From Isurus oxyrinchus (Eukaryota), in NCBI GenBank assembly GCA_026770705.1, contig JANJGN010000031.1:930001-994000 (forward strand): a stretch of DNA of 64,000 nt. Direction: 5' to 3'. Positions 48,973-59,507 of the stretch are shown one piece after another. A model generated the notes under the pieces. That model worked only from the letters and a program-made list of their open reading frames with translations, had not been told where the DNA came from and did not search any database. The translations under genes were made by a program, and so were the position numbers. Positions within the stretch are counted from its first letter, which is position 1, and each line of letters starts with the position of its first letter.

Positions 48973-51420
48973 CCATACAGTTTCATGTTAAGTTTGAAAG
49001 TGACATATTCCAATCGCAAACAAGAACCTTAACATTAAACAAAGCCAATCACACAGATATGAGGTGACAACTGGCTAAGGGTAGTTGGGTAAATAGACTA
49101 AATGTTGAGGCTGTAAACGAACAGAAACAATTCAACATGTTCAACCAAAATGCATTCCACTGAAGAGCAAAAACTCAGCGAGGAAGGCCCACCCTTACTC
49201 AGAAGTTAAGATGGCATTAGATTAAAAGCAGAGGCTGATAATGTTTCAACAAAAAAAAATACTATAGCAAACTATAGATTTAAGGCGAGAGGAGAAAACT
49301 TTAGAGGAGATGTGCTGGGCAATTGTTTTACGCAGAGGATAGTGAGTGTCTGGAATTCGCTGCCAGAAGAGGTGGTGGAAGCAGGTATGATAGTGGTGTT
49401 TAAGAGGCAGCTTGACAAATACATGAATAGAATGGGAGTAGAAGGATACGGACCCTGGAAGTGCAAAATGTTTTAGTCTGACAGGCAATATGACCGGCTC
49501 AGGCTTGGAGGGCCGAAGGGCCTGCTCCTGTGCTGTACTTTTCTTTGTTGTTCTTTGAGGATTGGGAGTGTTTCAGGAACCAGAAAAGGGCTACCAAAAA
49601 GTTGATAAAAAGGAGGAAGAACAAAATATGAGAATAAACTATCCAGAAACATAAAAACAAATTGCAAGAGCTCTTATAAGTGTATGAAAAGGATACGGGT
49701 AACTAAGGTAAACGTTGGCCCCTTGGAGAAATTATCATCGGGAACGGGCAAGTGGCAAATATATTGCGTCTGTCTTCAGAGTAGAATACATAACTCCCAT
49801 GCCAGAAATAGAAGGTGACCTGGGGCTAAAATGGTGAGGAAATTAAGGAAATTAATATCAGCAGAGGAAAAGTATTGCAGAAACATAAGGGACTAAAATG
49901 CAGCAAAGCCCTAACGTCAGATGGCTACATCCTGGGCTTCTAAAAGAAATAGCTATAGCGTTAGTGGTTGTGCTGGCTATGATCTTCCAAAATTCCTTAT
50001 CTTCAGAAATGCTCCCACTAGATTGGAGGTTGGCAAAAGTTGCACCACTTTTCAAGAAAGGAGGAAGAGCGATAACAATGAATTATTGGCTGGTTAGACT
50101 AAAATTAGTTGCTTGCAAAATGCTGTAATCTATTACTGAGGAAGTCTTAAAGCACTAACAGAAGTAATTAGAACCAGTCAGCATGGTTTACTGAAGGGGA
50201 ATCAGTAATTTATTGAAGCGTTTTGAGGATGGACCTAATAGGGCTGATAAAATGGAACCAGTAGGTGTTGTATACCTGGATTTCCAAAAGGGGTTCTGTA
50301 AGGTGCCACACAAAATTTTAATAGGCAAAATAAGGGTTCGTGGTTTTGAGGGAATTAAATTAGTATGGATGGAAGATTGGTTAATGGTTTTAGCAAACAT
50401 ACATTGGGCATAACGGAGGCTTCTTCAAGTTGGCAATCAATGAATAATGGAGTGAACAAGGATCAGTGCTGGGGCCTCAGCTATTTGCAATCTGTATTAA
50501 TGACTTAGATGAAGGTAGAGAGTAATATATCTAAGTCTGCTGATGATACCAAGCTAGGTGGGAAGGTAAGATGTGGGGAGGACACAGAGAGGCTGCACAG
50601 AAATACAGACAGGTTATGTGAGTGGACAACAAGATGGCAGATGGAATATAAAAAAGGGAAATGTGAATTATTCATTTTGGTTATAGGAATAAAACACCAC
50701 AATACATTTTGAAAGGTGAAAAAATTGAAAGTGTTGATGTTCAAAGAGATTTGGTTGTTTTGGTGCAAGATTAAGTTAACATGCAGGTTCAACAAGCAAT
50801 CGGGAAGGCAAGTGGCATGCTGGCCTTTATTGCAAGGGGATTGGAGAACAAGAATAAAGAAGTCTTCCTGCAGTTGTACAGAGTTTTGGTCTGGAGTACT
50901 GTGTCTCGATCTCCTCATAACAAGGATTCACTAAATTAGTCTCTGGGATCAGGGGATTGTCTTATGAGAAGAGGCTGAGTAAATTGGGTTTATATCCTCA
51001 GGAGTTTAGAAGAATGAGAGGCGATCTCATTGAAACCTATAACATTCTGTTGGGGCTTGATCGGGAAGGCGATGAGAGATTGCTTTTATTGGCCGGGGGA
51101 TCTAAAATACGGCGGCACAGCTTTAGGATAAGGATCCGGTCCTTTAGGACTGAGATGAATAGAAATTTATTTATTCAAAGGGCTGTGGATCTTTGGGATC
51201 CTCTATCTCAGGTTATCGTGCTTGCCCCATTGTTGATTACAAGTTAGCTAGGATAGAATGATTTTTGTTCTCTCAGGGAATTAAGTGATACGGGGAGCTG
51301 GTGGAGAAATGGAATTGAAGCCCAAGGTGAATCATTATGGTATTGAATGATGGAGCAGGTTCGATTGGCATGTGGTTTTACTCCTGCTGCTACTTTTTAT
51401 GTTGTTATGATCCTATGTCT
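48270..51420 (+). mobile_element. Decayed near-complete CR1 ORF2 with a nested CR1 3' end (~49265-49555) and (TAA)n (48928-48970)
   Basis: LHPGLLKE..DWRLAKVAPLFKKG, YLDFQKGFCKVPH, SADDTKLGG, RRMRGDLIE. Confidence 0.88.
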
Positions 51421-52844
51421 ACCACCTCTAGGAGGAGCTCCTGAGCACGAGTGTGAATTTTGCAGATTCAGTGAAGCTGGAGTGGACCATTAAGTCCCTC
51501 GAGTCAGTTACATCGGAATGAAAAAAGAAGCATTCAGCGATTGGAAACAGTTTCCCCAAATCGTTAGGTCATGGCTGATCTGTAGCAAAACTGAGCCTGT
51601 CTGTCTTGGTTTTGCGCTGCTTAATACCATTTCATACCAATGAAAAATCTACTCATCGCAGGGGGCTTCGATTTAAAGTAATTGGTGGAAGGATAAGAGG
51701 GTAGTTGGATAGGATTTGTTTTATCCAGCTGGTGGTGGCGGTCTAGATTGCACTGGGTGAGAGGGTGGTAGAGGCAAAAATCTTGACCCGTTAAAACATA
51801 CATTTGGATATACACTCGAGCCTTTATGACCTTCTGGGCGACAGGACAAGGACTGAAAGGTGGAATGAGACAGGAGAGCTTTTCTTCTACTGAAACGAAT
51901 GCGATGGGTTGAATGGCCTCCTTCGGTGTCCTAAACCTTCTCATGAAATGTTGATTATTTTTTCAATTTACATCCCCCGCAGGCTCAAACGCTTTTTAGG
52001 GAAGGGAGTGGCAGATTTTCACTATAGTTTGTGAGAAGATGTGCTTACTGACATCGCCCCTAAACAGCCTCGTACCAATTTTAAGATTATGCACCCCTAG
52101 TTCAGGACGCCATACCAGAACATATCATTTTTCGCCATTAACCCTATGGGATCCATTCATTAAACCCGTGTATTATTAAAATATAATAATTATTAAAATA
52201 TTAAAAATCTCAATTTTTTCTGGGGAAAAGTTAGGTAACGATCAACGGCTATAATGGGGGTCGACGCAATTATCAAGCTGAAATAAATTGTTGAATCATC
52301 TTTCTTTTTATTCATTCTTGGGAATGTGAACGTCGATGAAGAGAGTGGGCATTTGCTGACAATGCATAGCTGCCCCTTGAAATTGTTCTGGCTATCCATT
52401 TTCTTGAACACGCTCAGCCTTCCTATGGTGAAGGTGGGGTTACAGTGCTCATAGGGCGCGAGTTCTAAGATTTTGACACAATGTTCATGAAGGACCGATC
52501 AAATCGGGATGGGAACGGGATTCTAGGATTCTCATTGAACTTGATGTTCTATTGGCTTAACGACGTTTATGTTGGTTAATCTTATGTTAAGTTCTTAAGG
52601 TAGGACAAACTCACTCTAAGATACTTACTAGGCCAAGGCATTTCTAATCAGAGAGATAGCAGGAAAACATACATTTTTAACAAGTCAGTCCATGTGCTTG
52701 GCCCTCCGCGTAAACACAAATAATCCCAAGCGCATTTGCTCGCCCTGTACCGTGATAATTCAATCGAACAGCTTCCAAAATTTGTGCAAGGTGGAAGAAC
52801 ACCTCGACTTATAAGCAGCCCCGGAACTCAAACCCAATTCTAAC

Positions 52845-53035
52845 CGAGGGCGGGGGGAGGGCAGGCAACCGAACCAGTAAGACATCTGGGTCCATCCACC
52901 GCCAATCAGACACCGACAATGAGGCCCGGATACAGGTGAGAAATTATTTAATTATCGCACTGTATTCTGCCCGAGTGTCTGAACAGGACTTCATAGAGGA
53001 AGTGAAGAGCACGGCCCCTCCCGAAGTCACGTTGA
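52845..53035 (+). promoter_or_regulatory. Putative V6 promoter
   Basis: GC box gggcgggg ~52847, ccaatcag 52902 then caatgagg, ETS-like aggaagtg ~52997. Confidence 0.55.
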
Positions 53036-53074
53036 AATTTCTCCATTCACAGATTCAGGTCCCAAGCCTGTAGC

Positions 53075-53496
53075 ATGCACTTACCGGGTCTCTTCATTAT
53101 CCTCTGCCCTCTGTTACCAAGTAAGTATTGTAGATTTATGACAATCCTGGCGCTAACATTACGTCGGCGTTTTCATTAACTAATAACCTTTATCGAACAA
53201 GATTTGGAAGATAAGCGTCATTTTTGAATGACTACTTAATCTGTGTAGAACAGGATAATTGATCGAAAGTTTTTGGTGAATAATTTTAGCTCATAATTTT
53301 CTTTTAAATGAATAACCAATACACGGATTATCTTAACTTTATTAATGCTTATCGAACAGATTTTCGCGAATTACTGGCCATTTTTCTACTTGATGTCACT
53401 TTCTATCTATCTAATGCATAAATATCCATCTATTTTGTATGTGTTTTATCTCTCTCTACCTATGTATCAGTTTGTCTATCCATCTTTTATTTAGCG

Positions 53497-53553
<57 letters not shown>

Positions 53554-54022
53554 CCTATCCATTCATCCTTCCAATCATCCAACTATTTTCCCTTTATCTG
53601 TTCATGATCTATCTATAATGTCTATCTACTATCTGTTAATGTATCTGTCCATCTAGTTAACATAGTCAACATGGTTGAATGATGCGCTGAATTTTGTAAA
53701 TATTCTCCTTATTTCTCCAGGTAAAACGCTGGCAGAGATTATTTACCAATGGCCAAGTGGGTTGACGTTGAACAAAGGCGAGCCAGCGGAATTGAACTGC
53801 TACCAGAATGACAGCAGCAAGTACATTATGCTGTGGTACCGGCAGTACGCCGGGCAGGGTCCCAACCTAATCGGTTACTCCGGCACGGGAATTGCATCCA
53901 CTTACGAAGAAAACTTTAAGAACGCGGTCGAGATTGTAAGGGCGGGGGACAAAACATGCACCTTGAAGATCTTCAAGGTTAAGACGGCAGACTCAGCGGT
54001 CTATTACTGTGCCAGCAGTGAG
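53075..54022 (+). CDS. TRBV: TCR beta V segment V6, apparently functional (leader 53075-53120, V exon 53721-54022)
   Basis: Leader MHLPGLFIILCPLLP with a|gtaagt donor; acceptor ttctccag. Open exon EIIYQWPSGLTLNKGEPAELNCYQNDSSKYIMLWYRQYAGQGPNLIGYS..YEENFK..DSAVYYCASSE; the CASS ending is typical of TRBV. Confidence 0.95.
53498..53556 (+). repeat. (TCTA)n microsatellite in the V6 leader intron
   Basis: More than 12 perfect tcta units. Confidence 0.95.
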
Positions 54023-54061
54023 CACACCGATGAAAACTGCGCTGGTACCAGCACAAAAACC
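54023..54061 (+). other. 23-RSS of V6
   Basis: cacaccg 54023-54029, 23-nt spacer, perfect acaaaaacc 54053-54061. Confidence 0.93.
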
Positions 54062-54648
54062 AACAGGATGAACACCAGAACTGACTGCAAGGTACAAGCC
54101 TTGAAAACAACTCATGTCTTCCCGCTTCACGGGCCGCTTTTAACAGGTTGAGTGACACCCTCAGTTAGGTGTGAATGACAGGGAATATTAGAAGGTTCTA
54201 GGAGATGATGGAGAGAGAGAAGTGGGGAAAAAGAGTTGCCCCGGATTCTCATGTTCATCGTCTTCGTTATTTTCATGTATATGTTAACATTCAAATCCAG
54301 ACATTGTTCTGGACTTGATCAATTAAATAGAATATTTAGTGATTTAAATAATGAAATATTTAAACCTCACCGCGGTAAAGAGTTGAAGAGGCAAACAATG
54401 ATTCAACATACGATTTTCGAAGCTTTAATTTATTCATTCTGGACAATAAGTATCAAATATATTATATTAGCCTTTTTAAAATTCGCATTCAGATTCCGTT
54501 TTGTAGACCTCGCGATTCTATATCACAGTCGCATTGTCCCGGGTGCTTGAGTGAAATTAGAATTTTTATTTCAGCACTTCTCCAACATCAATCGTCGCAA
54601 AATCAATATAATGTCCCTAAATGATTTCAGCCCAGTTCCTGCGTTCAG

Positions 54649-54942
54649 GGCGTTCCTGGAGTAATGAGGTTCAAAAAATGGCGCGGCGCTACTGAGCGAG
54701 GAGGCACCGACTGACCTGCCACCAGAACAGAAAACTTGCCAATAACATGTTGTGATACGGTCGGGCCGCCGAAGAGGCGCCGCCTTAACCCGTTCGAAAC
54801 ATTTCAGGAGGCGAAGCTCCGTATTTTGAGGGTTTTCAGGACGGGTTTTGTATAACTAAACTATTGGGACGGAAGAAGGTCCATCCTGACAATGAAGAGA
54901 GATTAGCCTACCTTCATCGCCACTTATTTTTGAGCAGCTCAG
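54649..54942 (+). pseudogene. TRBV: TCR beta V pseudogene V7 (V6-like), not visible in the ORF track
   Basis: Acceptor gttcag; manual translation SWSNEVQK..RLTCHQNRKLANNML*YGRAA..ISGGEAPYFEGFQDGF / SILTMKRD*PTFIATYF*AAQ. Trp41 and Cys104 codons are both TGA. A LINE 5' end follows immediately and no RSS is seen. Confidence 0.8.
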
Positions 54943-55859
54943 TGGGAGGTGATGGAGAAGCGGCAATGTCACTGGACTGGTAATCTCGAGAGCCAGCTAA
55001 TGCTCTTGGGACACCGGTTCAAATGCCCCTATCTAGGTACACTAATGCCCGTTTGGGGAAGGAAATCTGCCGTCCAGGTAATGGCCTGGCCACCAAGTGT
55101 CTCCAGACCTGCAGCAATGTGGCTGAAGCTTAGCTGCCCTCTGAAATGGCGCAGCAAGCTACTCAGTTGTATCAACATTCTGGAAGTAATAAAACTGGGC
55201 GGACAACCCGGCATCGACCTAAGCGCCATAAATGGCAGCGGCAATTCCAGCTCTGTCGACAGTGCAAAGTAGTTCCCACTAACATCTGAGGACTTGTGCC
55301 GAAAGCTACAATCTGACATAGACATACTCATGAAATATTGACTTACTGTGTCCCAAATATTGTCATCATCACCTTTGGGTATGTCCTAACCCATTGGCAG
55401 GACAGGACCACCAGAGGTTGGCACAAGCTCAGAGGGGGGCGCCCATTTAAAACAGAGATGAGGAGGAATTTCTTCTCTCAGAGGGTAGTTAATCTGTGGA
55501 ATTCTTTACCGCAGCGGGCTGTAGAGATTGGGTCGTTAAGTGTATTCAAGGCTGAGACAGACAGATTTTTAATCAGTAAGGGAATCAGAGGTTGTGGGGG
55601 AAAGGCAGGAAAGTGGATTTGAGGAATATCAGATCAACCATTGAATGGCGGAGCAGACTCGCAGGGCCGAATGACCCACTGCTGCCCCTGCTCCTCATAG
55701 TCTTGGTGGTGTGTGGAGTTGCCCTGGGTCTCCTCAACATTGACTCCTAACCTCACGCAATCTCACGGAATCAGCTGAAATATGGGCAAGGGAACGTCCT
55801 GATCATTACCACCCATCGACTCCCATCCCTTTTCAGCCGATGCATCTTTTTCCATGTGG

Positions 55860-56065
55860 AAAAAAAGACAGAAAATGCTGGAAAAACTCCGCAGATCCGA
55901 CGGCATCTGTAGAGTAAGAACCAGTGTTAACATTTCGAGTCCGTGTGAGTCTTCCTCAGAGATCTGAAGAAGGGTCATACAGACTTGAAATATTAACACT
56001 TTCTCACTCCACAGATGCTGTCAGGCCTGCTGAGTTTTTGCAGCACTTTCTGTCTTTATTTCAGG
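55860..56065. repeat. Inverted pair of Penelope pLTR fragments, each with a hammerhead core
   Basis: Arms of ~100 bp are imperfect reverse complements centred near 55961; minus arm CTGAGGA..GACTCGAAA, plus arm CTGAAGA..GACTTGAAA. Confidence 0.75.
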
Positions 56066-56374
56066 TTTCCAGCATTCGCAGTGTTTTGCTTTTATTTCCT
56101 TCATGTTGAACACTGACTGAGGAGGTACTGAAGGTTACAAGGACACAGAATGTACTATGGGTGAGGGACTCGGCAGTAACACTGCTGACTGAGCTGGCCG
56201 AGACCTGGAGGACAAACCTGTTGGACCACATCTGTGGTAGGTGGTGAGTGAACCAACAAGAGGGAAAAACATTTTTTACTCTGTCTACATCAATGTACCT
56301 GTCGCAGATGCATCTGTCACGACACTATTAGTAGGAATGATGACGTCACAGTCCCTGTGGAGACGAGGTTTGGG

Positions 56375-58535
56375 GGAGAGCGGATTTTAGTCAAATAAGG
56401 CAGGATCCGGCCAAGCTAGACTGGGAAGAGCTACTTCTGGGGAAATCTACAGAGGAGCAGTGGGGAGCGTACAAAAAGGGAAGGGGGAGGGTACAGGCTC
56501 GAAATATTCCCTCTAGGGTGATAGGAAGAAGTAACAAGCCCAGAGAACCATGGATGACCAGAGATATTTAGGACACGATCAGAAGGAAAAGAGAGGCTTT
56601 TAGCAAGTAAAAAGGGAGCAAATCAGCGGAGGCATTAATGGAGTACAGAAAGTGCAGGGTGGAACTTAAGAAAGCTATTAGGAGAACAAAGACGGAATAT
56701 AAGAAAGCTCTCTGGCTGGTAAAAACAGGGAAAATTCCAACATATTCTATAAGTATATCAATGGGAAGAGGATAACCAGGGAAAGAATAAGTTCCATTAG
56801 GGACCAAGGGGTAAACTATGGGTGGAGCCAGAGGACATCAGTAGAGTGTTGAACTAATTCTTCCCATCCATCTGCACCCAAGAGAATAAGGATGAAGGTG
56901 TGGAGCTCGGGGATAGAGACTGCGGGGTTCTTAAGCAAATTGATATGGGGAGTGACAAGGTATTGGAGGTGTTGGCAGGCTTAGAATTGGACAAACCTCC
57001 AGGTCCAGATGATTTCTGTCCCAGGCAGCTGAGGGAGGCAAGGGAGCAGATCGCAGGAACTCTGACCCAAATTTATAATTGCTCTCTGGCCAAGGGGGAT
57101 GGGCCAGAGGACTGGAGAATAGCTAATGTGGTTCAGCCATTTAAGAAGGGTTGTAGAGATAAGCCATGGAACTACAAGCCAGTGAGTCTCACGTCAGTGG
57201 CAGGGAAACTACTGGAGAAAACTTTAAAGGAGAGAATCTATCTCCACTTGGAGAGGCAATGTCTGATCAGTGATAGTCAGCATGGCCTTGTCAAAGGGAG
57301 GCCATGCCTAACAAATTTTATTTTTGAGGAGGTGACCAGGTGTATAGATGAGGGTAGTGCAGTTGATGTAGTTTATATGGATTTCAGCAGAGCCTTTGAC
57401 AAGGTCCCACATGGGAGACTTACAAAGGTGGCAAATGCACATGGGATACAGGGTAAGTTAATAAGTTGGATGGAAATTTGGCGTTTTTGGAGGAGATGGA
57501 GGGTGATAACAGAAGGATGCTTCAGTGACTGGAAGCCAGTGTCCAGTGGTGTGCCACAGGGATCTGTGCTGGGTCCTGTATCATTTGTCATTTACATAAA
57601 TGACATAGATGACTATGTTGGGTGTAGGATTGGTAAGTTTGCGGATGACACAAAGATTGGCCAGGTGGTTAGTAGGGAAGTTGTGTGTCTTGGGCTACAG
57701 GAAGTTATAGACGGGATGGTCAAATGGGCAGATAAGTAACCCTGAAAAGTGTGAGGTGATGCACTTTGGAAGGAGTAAATTGACAAGGAAGTATTCAATG
57801 AATGGCATGACACTAGGAAGTTCTGAGGAACAAAGGGACCTTGGCATTTGTTTCCATAGGCCTCTGATGGCAGAGGGGCATGTGAGTGGTGTGGTGAAAA
57901 AGGCATATGAGACACTTGCCTTTATCAATCGAGGCATAGATTAAAAAAGTAGGGAGTTCATGTTGGAATAATATAGAACCTTGGTGAGGCCACAGCTGGA
58001 GTACTGTGTGCAGTTCCGGTCACCACATTATAGGAAGGATATGATTGCACTGGAGGGGGTGCAGAGGAGATTCACCAGGATGTTGCCTGGGATGAAACAT
58101 TAAAGTTATGGAGAGAGGTTGGACAGATTTGGATTGTTTTCGCTGGAGCAGAGAAGACTGAGCAGCGACCTGATCGAAGTGTACAAGATTATGAGGGGCG
58201 GAGGCAGGGTGGATAGGGAGCAGCTGTTCCCCTTTATTTGAAGAGTCCGTCACCAGGGGCCATATGCTCAAGTTGAAGGGCAGAAGGTTTAGGGGGATAT
58301 GAGGAAAACCTTTTTACCCAGAGGGTGGTGACGTTCTGGAATGCGCTGCCTCGGAGGGAAGTTGCCTCACATCCTTTAAAAAGTACCTGGATGAGCTCTT
58401 GGCACGTCATAACATTCAAGGCTATGGGCCAAGTGCTGGTAAATGGGATTAGATAGGTAGGTCAGTTGTTTCTCAAGTGTCGGTGCAGACCCGATGAGCC
58501 GAAAGACCTCTTCTACACTGAGTGATTCTGTGATC
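56375..58535 (+). mobile_element. CR1 ORF2 fragment with 279-aa open RT core (56900-57739)
   Basis: KPPGPDDFCPR, YMDFSRAFDKVPH, GVPQGSVLGP, KFADDTKIG; (attctgtg)n-like tail. Confidence 0.93.
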
Positions 58536-59189
58536 TGTGGTTCTGAGGTCCTGCCTTCACATTGAAGATACCCTCCATCGTGTTGTGTGCCATTCCCACC
58601 TTGCTAAACGGGATAGATTTCAAACTGATCAAGCAGCTGAAAACTGGGCATCCATGAGACACAGTGGGATATCATTAATAGAATTGAATGTAACCACAGC
58701 CTGTAACTTCATGGCCCAACATATCCCCCACACTACCATTGCCATTAATGCAGCAAATCAACCCTGGTTCAATGAAGAGTGCAGGAGGGCATGCCAGGAG
58801 CAGCACCGGGCATACCTAAAAATTAAGAGTTAACCTGGTGAAGCTACAACACAGGACCACTTGCATGCCAAACAACGGTACAGCTTGCTATAAACTGAGC
58901 TGGGCAATCCCACAGGCAACTGGTCAGATCTAAACTCTAGAGTTCGGGAATGGTGATGGACAATTGCACAACTAAAAGGAGGAGGAGGTTCCACAAATAT
59001 TCCCAACACATCAGTGCAAAGGACAAGGCTGAAGGAAAAACAACCATCTTTGGACAGAAGTGCAGAGTGGGTGATCCATCCCACCCTCCTCCGGAGGTCA
59101 CCAGCATCACAGAGGCCAGTCTTCAGCTAATCCGATAAACTCCAAGTGATATTAAGTAATGGTTGAACGTACTGGATACTCCAAAAGCT

Positions 59190-59507
59190 GCAGAAGGTGA
59201 GGAGATTTCCACAAATCAGCCAACATATTTTCATTTTATTCAAGCATTTCTGTTGTTTCCGTTTGGTAAAATGGGGGCAACAGAAAACCAAGGTTTGTAA
59301 ATAAGCGCTAATTTCAATACTGATTCAATGTAAGAGGTATAAAGAATGTCATCTATTCTCTTTACTTTCTAGGTGGAAAGGAAACGCCATAATGGAAATG
59401 ATATTGTAACTATCATATTCCACGAAGGAGACGAATCATTGCAGTCCTTCAAACCATCGATGATTCGTTCCTATTTCACATGTATCCTCTTCCCTTTTGT
59501 GTACAGT
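59190..59507 (+). pseudogene. GARNL3: Isolated GARNL3 (RapGAP-domain) gene fragment: intron, exon 59373-59481 and U12-type donor, embedded in a LINE
   Basis: Polypyrimidine acceptor ctttctag, then VERKRHNGNDIVTIIFHEGDESLQSFKPSMIRSYFT, matching the RapGAP catalytic KRHIGND motif and, from recall, GARNL3 VERKRHIGNDIVTIVFQEG..FKPSMIRSHFTH. Followed by gtatcct. Upstream donor-like ag|gtgagg at 59197. Confidence 0.8.

Noticed and set aside
33841-54942. NAR-TCR, IgNAR or IgH V interpretation of the V segments
   Set aside because: Most segments have their own leader exon, a 23-type RSS and TRB-type motifs (CASS, CAW, WYRQ). No closely linked D/J segments, octamer promoter or leaderless supporting V were seen.
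56900-57739. Active reverse transcriptase gene (also 6063-7037)
   Set aside because: Only partial ORF2 fragments of truncated CR1 copies, flanked by stops or frameshifts.
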